A DNA stretch of 64,000 nt, taken from NCBI RefSeq assembly GCF_964204645.1, contig NC_134029.1, positions 23,678,950-23,742,949 on the forward strand, in the 5' to 3' direction. Positions 37,541 through 56,100 of this stretch are shown here, in pieces. The notes under the pieces are model-generated. The model saw nothing but the letters and a program-made list of their open reading frames with translations, did no database searches and was not told the DNA's origin. Origin of the DNA: Tubulanus polymorphus. Its lineage: Eukaryota; Animalia; Nemertea. Position numbers and translations under genes: made by a program. Position 1 is the first letter of the stretch. Each line of letters starts with the position of its first letter.

Positions 37541-39057
37541 TCTGAGTCTAACTCAAGCGTTAAAAGATCGATAATGAACTAATTTTAACTCTAAACTAGA
37601 CACTGTGGAACTGAGTCATGAAGATTAAGAATATTTTTGTGACTTCCAAATGAATACATGTAGTGTATAAAATGTACATGTATTTTGTATTTTCTGTGCA
37701 TTCCTCTCTTCCTATGAACTAATTAAGTGTCCTTGCATCAAATATTGAAAAAACCAATTGAAAAGACTGCAACTTCAATGATATTCAAAAATATTACATG
37801 TATAATATTTAATTCAGGTATGCTATGGTACCAGTATGTGCTATGCAGTACATTTAGTTAGGATCTCAGAGAAATTAATATTTGGTCATTAAGCTTTATG
37901 CAGTTATCTACCTGCTGTCTGTACACAGCCCTCAGACATTCGACCTCTTTTTCCAGATCTATGTTCGCCCAGGCAATGCCACCCTCTGTGGCAGTAACCG
38001 TGACATTTTTCTGTGAAAATGAATTAGGGTGTCAATTCTGGACCATCGGGTTTAGACGGACATTCACCATTTTTGAAAATGTGTTCGTCCAGACTTTGCC
38101 ATTCAAAAGGTGATAGTCTGAGGGGGCGGGTACAGATAGCTGATTGACAGCTGTATTCATCTCGTGTGATAATGAATACTGGTACATAGTACAATGTGAC
38201 CATCATGTTTATGTAGTTACCCACTACTACGCTCCTGCAATTCGGAAGCTTTGTTTTACTAAATCACATGATAATAACCATTATTGTATGTAAAATACCT
38301 TTCTCAATAAATTAACAATGGTTTTTAAATTTCGAAGACTTTTCGATTACATTTATTGCCTGTATTTCAAGTCCTAGTATCGATGATCTGCGAACCAAGA
38401 AAATACAACAGATGTTGAAAGGAATCTCAGAAAAAAACATGACAAGATTTTTATATTGTTTGTGATTTTCAATCTTTATTTACAAAATTCACAAATACTA
38501 AAGCAGCATTTTACAGCACAGCAGTTCAGAATGACTAGATATATAAACATCATATTTGTATCGACAATAAATTATGAGTAGTTTTGGAAGAACAGATGAA
38601 CCATTCATCTGTGAAAATCATCATAACCATATCACTTCTCTCAACCCTAGACCAATCATTCATATCCTTAGCGTTAGCCCCATCTATTGTTGCTAACCCT
38701 GTGTCAGACAATTGTGAACTGGTCGTTAGACCTGAACAACTGGTGACAACCCCTCATGAATTCCACAGTTGATTTGGTTCAATGAACAGCTAAACCCCAT
38801 TCATCAAATATCAAATATACATTACAATATAGTAGACAATGTGGATACATTTTATTCCTTTCTGCTGCACCAGACTGGAAACTATATTTAACATTCATTT
38901 ATATATCAATGATTGATATATAAATGAATTCTAAATTTGGTCTTATGCTAAACAGATATGAACATTTATACATTAAATAAATGTATTAATGAATGACTGA
39001 ATGATTCTAGTCTAAGCTCCTGATATGAATGTATAAACTGATCACTGATTCACTCAG

Positions 39058-42000
39058 TTATTCTACAGTATTTTTATTGTCTAAACTTTGTTCGACAGGT
39101 TCAATATTAGTCAAATGTTGGGTAGATGTTCCTTCAGCACTCGTTGCTTCTGTAGATGTCTCTTGTTCTAGTTCAGGAGTTGTATCCGGATGAGTTCCAT
39201 GATCAGCAGCTACACCATCGACAGCACCGACCGGTGCAGATGCAGTTTCCTCTGATGTTGTGTTTGGTCGAGGCCCGTTTCCACCCGAAGCAGATGGACT
39301 CGTCTCAGTGTTATCAGCAGCCTGTGAGTTTTCATCTTGTCGCGGTCCGAATCCTGGATCCTGCGGTGTAGTGTTAGCTCCATCGTCGTATATAATATCC
39401 TCCGGGTTCGGAGCACGCGGCAAAAACTCTTCATCCGGACAAATTCTCGAGAATATACATCGCGCCTGAAAATGATTTACACACTTGCTACAACATATTC
39501 TCGGGTAAAAACAAGCTATAAAGGTTCAACAAGCGGAACAAACCTGTTGAACAGCGCAGTCGAAATCAAGCTGATTATCAGGGCCACTACACAACACAAC
39601 ATTATCAGGTCTTCCGGACTCAAGATCTATATCACTGTGATCGGCTTGGTTGAAATAAACCGACCATAAAATTGGAGATCCGGCATCAAACTCTGAAAAA
39701 CACAGTCATCGTATCATATTTGCTTTAGTCGCTAGATTTTGGCTTGATTCGAATAAACAGTGCTTCGTGTCATACCTCCATCCTCTGATGCAGCACTACT
39801 ACTGGTTGTTGTTGATTCCGATGGGAACAGAATCTCTTCGATGAATTGTAAATCTTCTCTCGCTTCATTTACACCGCGACAAAATACATGCACTAAATCT
39901 GTAAATATATAAACATATGATAGTGATTAATACACGACAGATATATGATCAAACTACGTGTATATCATCTGTGTATCAATACTTACAAAGGCCTTCTGGT
40001 ACTGAATAGGTGGAGGCGGACAATTCAATAACAGTTACTGGTTCAGGTAATGATGAATGTGGAATGCGTAAAAATGTCACCTGAAACATTTTAGATAGAT
40101 ACAGTTATATTACACTATGCAAATACGAATACATTAAACTCTCCGGTCAAGCAGTCAACCTCAGTTAAGTCATCATCCGATGAGTCGTCACATTATTTGA
40201 GTCGCAATTTGATTTTCCAAGAGTTCAAGCTATAGATGTAATACTCGTCTCAAACTACAACGACTATACCGAGGTTTGACTGTATATTTTCTACCACTTT
40301 ACCTCATCTTTCGTGCCCTCTTTAATGGATCTCTTCGTAAGGAAAAATGCCCGTGATATTTTTCTATCATTGTTGATCTGTGGAAGTAACGATGAACTAG
40401 CATAACTGGCTTCAGCGACTAACCACCTAAATTAACAATCATCGTTTTATACGTGAAATTCGCCGGTTTCAATTATTTGTATATCAGGGTGCGATCTAAG
40501 CACTTGTCCGATTGCCCGGGACAAGTATATTCTCATCAGGGCGAGTAGGTTATCATTATCACTTGTCCCCCGGGCTAGTGCAATTTTATATCACATAGCT
40601 TTTTTCCCACTCGATACAACGGATGATAATGCCACCAGTCGGACTGCCTGTGTAGGGCAAGTAGCTTTTGGAGGGGGCGAGTGAAATTTCAGTTATGCTT
40701 GCCCTGGGCAAGTGGCTTTCATTCCTTAGATCGAACCCTGTATATCGAAGTCCACACAATGCGACTTACTTGCATTTGAATCTAACACCATCAGATATAG
40801 CACCGATACATCTACAATACAATCGATAATAATAAAATCAGCGTACGATGATGGGTAGAGTTCGTGAAGGGATCGATTTAATCAAATATCTTACTTGTTT
40901 TCCGAATCGATTATCACATTTGAGATGGTTTTTCGTAAACAATAGATACCACCAAAAACAGCGCACATTCTACAAATACATCGTCAATAATCTAAATATT
41001 CGCTCAGTTCTAAAATACAGACGCTAGCTATTATCAGACGTACCGGCAAAACGCTTGCGGCAACTCTCCACTTCCATATAAGGTCCATAAGAATGCCGTA
41101 TTTCCATAGCGACCGAGAGAAACTAAGAATTTCTTCACGGCGGCGAGACCCTTCAAAAACGAATACGCATTCGCTGAATGGTAGGTATCGAAATCGAACT
41201 CGAATTCTTACTAACGTTACTTACGTCTGCGGTGGGAGTATGCTCGGTTGCCATAGCAATAGCCTGCAGAACGTAGTGTTGAATATTTGGAGTCAGCTTA
41301 CGAGATATTAGAAAATCTTTGAAAGGACGATCTTCAAATCCTGAAATAACGAAATTTAGAAATTTGAAAGCGATGCGCAGAATGCTGAAAACCGGGTACA
41401 AATTATACAAAATTATTACCTGCATAATCTTCAGGATGTTGATCATAGTCCATACAAAATGTTAAGAATTTCATCAGCATTCGTTTTTCAATCATTGAAA
41501 CTGCTTTACTGCTGAATACATCAGCTCTAGAACATGGCACCTGAATATTAAAACACAATCATTGAAACAGTTTTACTGCTGAATACATCAGCTCTAGAAC
41601 ATGGCACCCGAATATTAAAACAATCATTGAAACAGTTTTACTGCTGAATACATCAGCTCTAGAACATGGCACCCGAATATTAAAACACAATCATTGAAAC
41701 AGTTTTACTGCTGAATACATCAGCTCTAGAACATGGCACCCGAATATTAAAACACAATCATTGAAACAGTTTTACTGCTGAATACATCAGCTCTAGAACA
41801 TGGCACCTGAATATTAAAACACAATCATTGAAACAGTTTTACTGCTGAATACATCAGCTCTAGAACATGGCTTTTTGCACCTGAATAAAACACAAAAATA
41901 TACAATAGTATGACAGTATTTTCATATCAAACAGAAGTTATGGGTTTGCTATACCTGTTCAAGTTTATCATTCATTCGAGTGAGTATTCGTGATACAGTT

Positions 42001-43708
42001 TTAAACTCGCAGTATTTCGCAACATCTGATGAAATGAGAAGTTCCACTAAAGGTCCGCGACAAAACAACAGCTACAAGAAAATAGAATCATCTGTCGATG
42101 AGAAGTTTTCTCATTTTCTTCTAAATACTTTTGTGCTAGAATTAAATGTTTACCTTCGGTGAAAGATCGATGTTGAATTTTCTCCACTGACGTTTCAATT
42201 CTTCTACAGTCCATTCTTTCTTCAGATGTTGGTTTATTTTCTCCTCAATTTGTACATTACACGGCATGACTTCTTTAGCCTTCGATTCTCCAGAACAACC
42301 TGCGACTTCCTCCGAACAAACTGCGACTTCCTCCGAACAACCCGCGACTTCCTCCGAACAACCTGCGACTTCCTCCGAACAACCGGCGACTTCCTCTGAT
42401 GCGGAATCAGCCACAACTGGAGTAGTTGAAGATCCTTCTTCAGTTGCTTCAGAATCTGCTTCATTATCATCTAAAATTTCAATTTAAGCTGAAAGAATTC
42501 TCTCAGATTCTACAGAAGTCTGGATCCAGTTCCACAATTTTTGATTAAAACTAAGTCATTAAAAAATTGGAATTACTCCAACTGTAGAGTCAAACTTGAG
42601 AGTTATGGAGCTTGGCCTGTTCCATGGTTGTGAGTAGAGTTCACTCTGAGTTGAAATTAATTCATTTCCAATGAGTTTCAACTTTTGAATCAAATCTACA
42701 CTCTTTACTAAGTTACCTTTAAGTTGTATATCTAATTGGAAGGAACATTGAGAGACTGGAGTATTGGAAGGTACGAGTGGTTCTGAGTTGTCATATTCTT
42801 TATCTTCATGCCTGTAAAATAACGGTACCAGTTACAGCCCAGGTTAGTCTTAACGCTGATTGAAAATTTCAGATTATTTTCATAGTAAATTTCCAACCTG
42901 ATAAACCAATTCTGCAGTAGATTAGTGATTGTTTGTGAATTTTGTATGAGAGGAATCAAAGTCTCTCCTTCCTGAATCAGAGATGAATCATCGATCCCAG
43001 CACTGGCTGCTGCTTCTACTGTGACTTCCTGGTGACTTTCGATCCATCTTTGTATTCCATCGAAATTGAAAGTCGACCAATCGCCTCCGTAATGGTCGTT
43101 CCTTTAAAAATATGAGAATTGCAAACCTTATGTATGTTACAGCAGGCTTCATATGACTTCATTCTAATTAGCTACTTGTGATACACATATTCAGTACCTA
43201 TCCAGATGAAGCACTCTTTGTCCTATTCTGGCAAATGCAGCAGCGACAATACTTTCAGCAACTCCTAGATTCATGATGATAATAAAGCATAACTACTTTA
43301 AAAAGTGTTAAGATTATTATCAGCAGATACAAAATATAGCATTGTACAAAAACAAACTATATCTGACAATGGTACATTTAAAAAACCCAAAATAGTGATG
43401 AAACAAAAGCTACAAATTCTGTTGTCTTGACGTTTTAGGAAGAATTCTTCTTCCCATTATGGGAGTAAATCCAAAATGACAGTTCATTCTTTAATCGCAG
43501 CAAACCAAATACTTTGAGTGAGGCCGTGTCTATGGATGGAAGACCAGGTACCATACACGCGTCAAAATTTAGTCTAGTACCTAGCCGCCGTTCCCCAAAC
43601 AACAGTTGTAGGGAACCCGTAACAACGACTGGTATTCAGACCATCAGGATTATACTCACCTGTACCAAGAATAATAACATCATATTCTGTAGGTAATTCT
43701 TCGTCCAT
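39058..43708 (-). CDS. CHM: Rab escort protein (Rab geranylgeranyltransferase component A), multi-exon
   Basis: [17 protein letters not shown]|[21 protein letters not shown]|[12 protein letters not shown]; [11 protein letters not shown]; VPCSRADVF; [26 protein letters not shown]|[11 protein letters not shown]; [10 protein letters not shown] plus acidic tail. The long insert and tail distinguish REP from RabGDI. Confidence 0.95.
40485..40740. mobile_element. hAT-like MITE in a CHM intron with apparent 5-bp TSD
   Basis: TIR CAGGGTGCGATCTAAG / CTTAGATCGAACCCTG; TATAT on both flanks; internal ACTTGYCC / GGGCAAGT repeats. Confidence 0.8.
41489..41893. repeat. ~67-bp tandem repeat (~6 copies) spanning a CHM intron-exon boundary
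   Basis: Unit AATCATTGAAACAGTTTTACTGCTGAATACATCAGCTCTAGAACATGGCACCYGAATATTAAAACAC. Confidence 0.95.
42294..42395 (-). repeat. 21-bp coding minisatellite (SEEVAGC x~5) in CHM
   Basis: Repeated GCGACTTCCTCCGAACAA.. on + strand, in frame within the REP insert exon. Confidence 0.9.
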
Positions 43709-44455
43709 GATTAATCCCGTTTTCAACCAATCTCATAAACACCAATGAGTATCCTGAAAAATAAAATATCATCAATCATCCCGAACGAATGGGAATCTTA
43801 TTAAACTGTCATTGTCGGTAATCGAAGCTACTTAAAATCATCAACAAATCATTTTGCCTCGTTCAAACGAGCTGAATATCGCAGCCATTCTTTATTTATC
43901 AATCTATCTAATGAGGTTGTTTTCGAATCGCTAGGCCTATATGATTTATTCTTACTATAAAAAATTCAATCAAGCATCGACCGTGGCGTCCTTCAATTAG
44001 ATTTCATCTATGACATATTATTTGTAAGAGCTATATGGTACAGATATGGACATATTAATTGTGCAAATAAGAGTATCCTACCTATTAGTTTTGAAATTTA
44101 ATCGGGAGGGGCATGTACTCAGACCGAAGAAGAAGGGTTCGTCAGGCCAGGGCAAACTCAGAACATTAATTTTGCTAGTCACAATTTAATGGAGGATGGA
44201 TGATACCGATATCCCTAGGCCTATATAAAAATAAAAAGAAATGGATACTAGTGTGGCGAATTATGCAGAATTTTTAAAATCGGGAATCGAACCTAAATAT
44301 GCGGAAGTTACTGTCTGTATATGAAAAACAAAATTATTTAGCATACGATGTAACAAATATAATGTATACGGTTTCGGTACCCAAATCGTACTTTTTTTGG
44401 GCAGTGGCGATTTTTGCGATTTAAACCCTGTTTTACGCAATTTGAAGCCGACAGT

Positions 44456-49358
<4,903 letters not shown>

Positions 49359-51189
49359 ATTATAGATGGTTCATATCATGTAGACAGAATATCGAGGGTA
49401 AAACCTTTGATACCTCCAAGGTTTAGAGATGATTTTGATTCTCGGGCCAAGTTTGTATTACATGTATTAAGCTGATTTGAACTAAGGGTGCATTTTAGTT
49501 GATTCTGGGTTCAACCCACAAGTTTGGATTGATTTATTGAACTAGGGGTGCATTTTAGTATCAGTATTCTTTTGAGAAGCACTTAGTCGGGTTGGAAGAT
49601 GGGCTACTGCACTGAGCTTTCAATATTAGAAAAGAAATGAATAACAAACACCTGTTTTGCACCAGTGCTGAATTCCAATGAGATATTTGTAATGCCTCGA
49701 TGAAGCTCTAAGCAATTGATGGCAATTAAGAAATTAATTCAAAAGAAATAATTACCTCAAATGCTGAATAATTTCAGTGAATACAATTAATTGCTTTATG
49801 TAAACTACTGAGTTTGTGTTGTTTTATAATTATATGAATGATGAGTGATTGTATTTGAAGTAACAACATTTTAGTTATAAAAAAAAAATGCTAATTTGTG
49901 TTCAACTTTAAATTATAACTCCTTAACAATATTATAAAGAATAGATATATATATATATATATATATAGATGAATATAGTCTGAAGACAAGAAGCTTGTGT
50001 TTAGTTTTATCTGTTTGGTTTCTGTGGCTTGGAACTTTTCCTTTCTTGACGGCGCATCAGATGAATCGCTCACCACTCTAGTTAGGTGACAGCGTTGAGG
50101 CTATGTAAGTGGTGTCGTGCCCACCATGGAGACCTGCACCATGAATAGACATCGACCGGAGTAATGAGGCTTAATTTACTGAGAAAATGAACAACAAAAA
50201 CTACTGAGGAATCGTCTAATTCCATGTTTATTCTGAGCTTCACTATGAATACATGATATGTACGTTTATGATTAAACTACAAACCAGCGATGACTAGATC
50301 TCATGCATAGATACTATACAAATATTGCAAGTCGGAAAACTGTTACAGACAATCATCAGACCTCATTACGGGTACAAGAATTATATCCTATCTATTTCGT
50401 TGGAATTCAATTAAGGCGTATGCAGAGTAAGAATGATTTTAATGAAGTTAATTCAAAGCGTTCAATCAGAGTTAGTAGGTGCATCAAATTCGTATGAATT
50501 GCTATCGCTTGAAGTTCTAGAAGAAGTAACGAAGGTCTATTAACTTGCAGTGAACTCCACAAACCGTAACTGTATATTAGATACAATGTACATAGGATGT
50601 ACATTTATATATACAAGTGAAAAAGTCTAACAAACATTCAAAAACAGATTAACAATCAATATCCATAGGATTATCATACCGGGTAATTATATTAACAATG
50701 ATTAATAATTTGGCCCAATAATCCATTTACACTGTTGCCATACCCCAGTCCTTACATTTTTGGAGTACTGTTACAACGGGCAAATACAAATGAACTAAGT
50801 GTAAATGGATTTAATAAATCACAGTCTAATTAAGTACATATAAATATATGACACCTGGGAGTACATGGTTACTCAGAGACTGGAGCTCCACCTAGTGGGA
50901 CTTATAATACCAGCCCCTTGACTAACATATTATGTTTATCTTCTGCGCAACACAGGGTTCTTACTGATCAAGGATTTCCAGATGAATTTGCCCCAACAGG
51001 GAAAATCAGGGACAGAGAAATATCAGATCACATATTGTACATTCTAAAATGTTGCTACTAATTTTGCAGCCAATGCATCAAAATGTTTGAAGCTTTAGGG
51101 TAAAAAATACTTTATTTCTATTGTGGCAGGCCATATAGTTTCATCTTAGTGAAGTCTGCATTTGTTCAATGTCATTTTCCCATACTGCA

Positions 51190-51412
51190 AGTGTGGTTTA
51201 TTGTTTCTTTATACCAGGTGACCAGCTCTAGACCAATCAGCAGCTAGGGTTAGGGTTTGACATTTGGGCAATTTGCATATCAGGTGACCATCTCTGGCCA
51301 ATGAGAACTAGGGTTAGGGTTAAGTATGTGTGGTCTGTTTGTTTATACCAGGTGACCAGCACTGACCAACCAGAAGCTAGGGTTAGGGTTAAGCATGTGG
51401 CCTGTTCATTTA
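51190..51412. repeat. ~65-bp degenerate tandem repeat (3 copies) containing TAGGGTTAGGGTT
   Basis: TAYCAGGTGACCA...CCAAT/CCAAC...CTAGGGTTAGGGTT occurs three times. Confidence 0.8.
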
Positions 51413-53106
51413 CATTAAAGAAGACCAGTCTTGTAAGTGAGATTCAGATTATGAGGCTCACTGAGTCTTTCATAAACCAGAAGAAACAGTTCCCAGATAT
51501 ATCTTTGGATTTAATTAGGGAAGGTTTTGGTCAAGAGTCAGAGAAATATCGGGGAATTTTGGATCTGTAAGAACCGTGCTCTGGAATTCAAATACATGTA
51601 CAATACCGGCCCCTCCACATGTTTATCTTCTGAGTAACAAATCTCCCAATTATAGATTGATATGTTTCTGTGGACTTCGGATTAATATCAAACAGCACTC
51701 TTATATACCGGTACAATCATATATATAACAGTGATTAAAAGCAACTATTTTAGTTTAGCAATAAGTTATATTAAATATCCACACATCACCACAATTAACT
51801 AATATTTATAAAATCACAATTTTTGCATAATCAGTATATGATAATCTTATGTTAGCTGTCACTTTTATTCAACGGATAAATCATTCAAATCATAAAAATC
51901 GGATTTTGACTCTTGATCTACATTGAATGTTCCGCTTCATGCGTAACATCAGTTAACACTAGTATAAAATAACTGAATTGACTATAAGTAGTTCATTTAT
52001 CAACAATGTAATGCCCATAGATCCTTATTAGATAGACTGAAATAACTCAATAGATGGTTATAATAGTACATTCTCCTGATGAAACAGAATTGTCCTACAC
52101 AATATAAGTTATTAGTCACAAATCTTACATGTATGACATGAAGGTTTTATCAGCTTACAGGAGGCTGGGTTGAATATTTCACCCAGTAATTTATATGTCT
52201 ATCTAAGGACACATCAATCCCCTGATGTTTCTTACTGGAATCTCCTGAAGTTGCCAATATTGATGAAACAGTCTAGAGTCCTTGTTGTAATGATAATATA
52301 AGAATCCCATACCAATAATGAAAACTAAAGATTCTTCGTGCTAGTAGTCTATTCTAAATATTTTGACTCGAGCCTATCTTCAGATAATTCCTACTAAAGA
52401 TGACAAGGATAACAATGATTAGAATACTAGCTCAAGGAAACGTTTTCAGGCATTTTTGCATTTCTAATGTATGATTTTTAGACTGTGGTCAGTCACATTG
52501 TAATATCCTCAGAGCGCATTTCTTGTCACAAAAATCATATTCATATGAAACCAGCAACTAGAATTCAAGTACAAATAATCCTGATATTAATTTCACTTTC
52601 ATAAATCTCTGCGTAATTTCAGATTTATAAGTTATTCACTATATCTCTACAGGTGTTAGTGTACGATGCATAGATTTATCACTATGCATAGATTAACAGC
52701 TAATAAACAGGTTTTCACATTGTGGTCGAGTTCCAACTACTTCAGTTCGATAGCTCAAATCAAATTCATGAATTATTTCTATATAAAATTATCACTCAAA
52801 AGCTGCTCGTTCTATCATTACCTGAGAATAACTGTCTGTTTTCCATATCTAATCTATACATTTATCATTATGCTGTTTAGTTAACACTTCAATCATATGT
52901 AACACCAATATATTCGTAATTTCCTATTCCTAAACTATGTTTACATGTAAAACATGCGATCCAACTTTCATTTTTACCCTTCTCCGAAAATCTACGTGGT
53001 AAAAGATTTTCACGCGGTCTCTACCGTCAGGCCAGCGAACAACTTAAGATTTTCGATTTTGTATCATTCTCGTTTAAGTAGAAATATCAAACTTCTGCCC
53101 AATACG

Positions 53107-56100
53107 TCAAACGACTGTTATCGTAATATCTCTGCCGTTTTCTGCTGAGCTGAAATTAAATTTAAAAGATGAAAATCGAAGCTTTGTCTCGCTCCCGGTT
53201 ATGAGTGCATATTTAGGGGTCATTCATTAATTACGTACGCATTAGGGGAAGGGGAGGGGTCAGTGCAATTGCATACTGTAATGCTTAATGTATATGAAAA
53301 AATGGCCGATTTTGCGTACAGAGGGGGAGGGGGGGTTGAAAAATTCAAATTTAATGCGTACGTAATAAATGAATGATCCCTTTCTGAAATAGATAACTCA
53401 CCAACTTCTAACACAGACTCTCAGCCTGATTATTATCTCTTTCCTGATTTTCAGTATTTGTCAAGTCCATGGCAATTTTACCAGGACTTGGCTCATTAGA
53501 AGCTGGTGGATTTTCTGAGGAAGATTTTTGTTGCCCTTCACCATCAGAGTTAGCAGACTGTTGAAATAGCGGAAGAGCAGAAAGAGGTTTCAGATGAAGA
53601 ATGCAGTCAAGAATGAAGAGTAAAGCAATAAACCATGGGTAGAAAGTTGAAGGTAAGGTGAACATTTGCGGTTATAAAGCAGTTTTGATGGTTTGCAGAT
53701 GATGAAATGAGATATTTTGATATATAAACATACTTACTGTATTAGGGCTACAAGGTGCTGATTTAACAATTGGTTTATCATCAGATTCTGGAAACGAATT
53801 AACAGCAAAATATACATATCTACACATGGATCACTAATTGTATCTTTGATATAAGACTTTCAAACTCACCTTGCGATGTTGGTATAACCTCAGTGGTGGT
53901 GACTGCATCAGTTGTAGATTCTGTTGGTTCATGACTGGCGTCCAAGTCTTATCGTGAAGCGAGTTAGTAAAAGCAAATCATTTAATTAAAACGTGACATC
54001 ATTACATTTACTATTTAATAGTACAAAAATTTTTGGATTTTGATAAGAAATTATACCCCTTTTTTTGGAGTATTCCACTCATACATGTACTGACATTTTA
54101 TCAACAACTTTAGATTGAATCTAGAACCCGATTTTACTCATGATTTTGATAGATATAAATTTCATGGTAAACGTAACATACATACGAACATAGATTGAAA
54201 ATAAATGTTCTGGTCTTTTTTGAATCTATACAATAATTTTCACTAACATCAGCACATATCAAATTGAAGTATGAATACATTACTTGTAAGTAATGATGGA
54301 TATATATTTGTAAAACATACATTCTAGTAAAGTTGAATAATGAAAAAATCTGGAATATTGAAAAAAAGAGTCTCCTTATTTAATATTAGCTGAATACATA
54401 AAACATCTACCAGACTATCTGAGCAAAAGCAAAAGATTTAACCCTAACACACCTGGATGCATGCATTGCTACAGAACTTTGAATCTAACATTTTACATCA
54501 GCTAACAACAAATTCACAGCTACAGTCAAACCTAGATGCAAGGCCCATATTGGTGCTTTACGATTTTGGTGGTATCAAGGGTATATATAGTAGTATATTG
54601 GGGGTTAATTTCGACTAGTTCCAAGGCAAAATACAGATGTTCCGTTCCTCAGAGAGAAACCTGGTGTTAGACGAGACCGTTGGTTCATCAGGGGTTGACT
54701 GTATATACTACACAGGTATCGAGATATCATGTTCCCCACCTGCCAGGGATAGTAACTGCCTGCAGTCATACATCGATCCACGGCAAATGAAGGAACATTT
54801 AAGATCAGTGCTGATGAATATTCGACAAAATCAATGAAAAATTAGTAGAATGGTTTTATACAAGTGTACACATGCTGGACGGAAAAACTACTCTAAGGCA
54901 TGTTTCGATTCAACGTTCAGGAGTATCAATTCTGGTACAAACTCTCTACCGGCCGCTTCTATCAGGTTTACAGATTATACTAGGTAGAGCGTATTCTGGT
55001 TGAAATAAATGCACCAGAAGAGAATTTTGGAATCGGTAGAGACCAATAAAAACTTACCTAAAGATTCTATGGTATTGGAATTATATTATTGCAGATATGA
55101 ATATTTCACTCATAGATTCTCCACAACCATTACGTTTTTTTTACATGACTAAGAGTATGGTTCTAAATTGAACGTGATAAAATATTTCTCTCTGATCGCT
55201 GGATGTAGGATCCAGTTCGACCGGTGTACAATACACATACCATATATGTGAATACTGTTCAAATATATAACAAATATGAAAAATATAAAGCCAATTTATG
55301 AAGCCAAAATATGAAGCCAATTTCGACTGGCATATAATAAACAAAATCTCGATATGGTTTTGTCTTCATTTCTTGGATATGAAAACTTTGGAATTGCAGG
55401 CAAGATGCGATCATACACAAGTCTCGTAACTACTACCACCGCTTATACGCTGGATTTTCTCCGAGTCATCACGTGACCGCGATGGCGCCACTCGCGGTTT
55501 CGCTTCACCGGACGGTAAACTATATTTACGTAAAGTGTAAGAAGCAGAAACTGCTGCTGCCGGTGACGATAACGAGGTTTGTGGCATTGAACGTTTACGA
55601 GGTACAGTACAATACGACGATATACTGTTACTATTCACTGTATTCCTCGTCGCCGCTATTTTAACCGGTTTCGGCGCCAGCGCAGGTTTCGGTCCGGGAT
55701 TACTTTCTCTTCGCCGCGTTGAATCATAACCGGCTGAAACGTCACAGCTCACCGAACGCGTTTGAGATCGCAGTTTTTCGTGATCTTCGCCGATTACGCG
55801 AGATTTCTGTTGCAGTAAGTTTTCGATGATGTTAGATCGTTGTCTTAAGTTCGAACTACTAACAGTTTTAGGTTTGGATTTGATAACGGGTTTAGGTTTT
55901 AAAGACGGGGGCTCAATGGGATACCGCGAGGAGGGAGTCTCAGACCGGTGCTGGGTAGAATGAGAGATATGACTTCCGAAGCCTGAAATAAATCGGAAAC
56001 ATTCACCGAATAAGAACACTTACAAAATGTCAAAACGATTTGACTCATAAACCGAAAGTATTTGAAGTTTCAGCTGAGGTTTATAAGTCAAAATTGTAGA

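Noticed and set aside
41489-41893. CRISPR-like array
   Set aside because: Units are contiguous near-identical tandem copies without unique spacers; eukaryotic intron-exon context; no cas genes.
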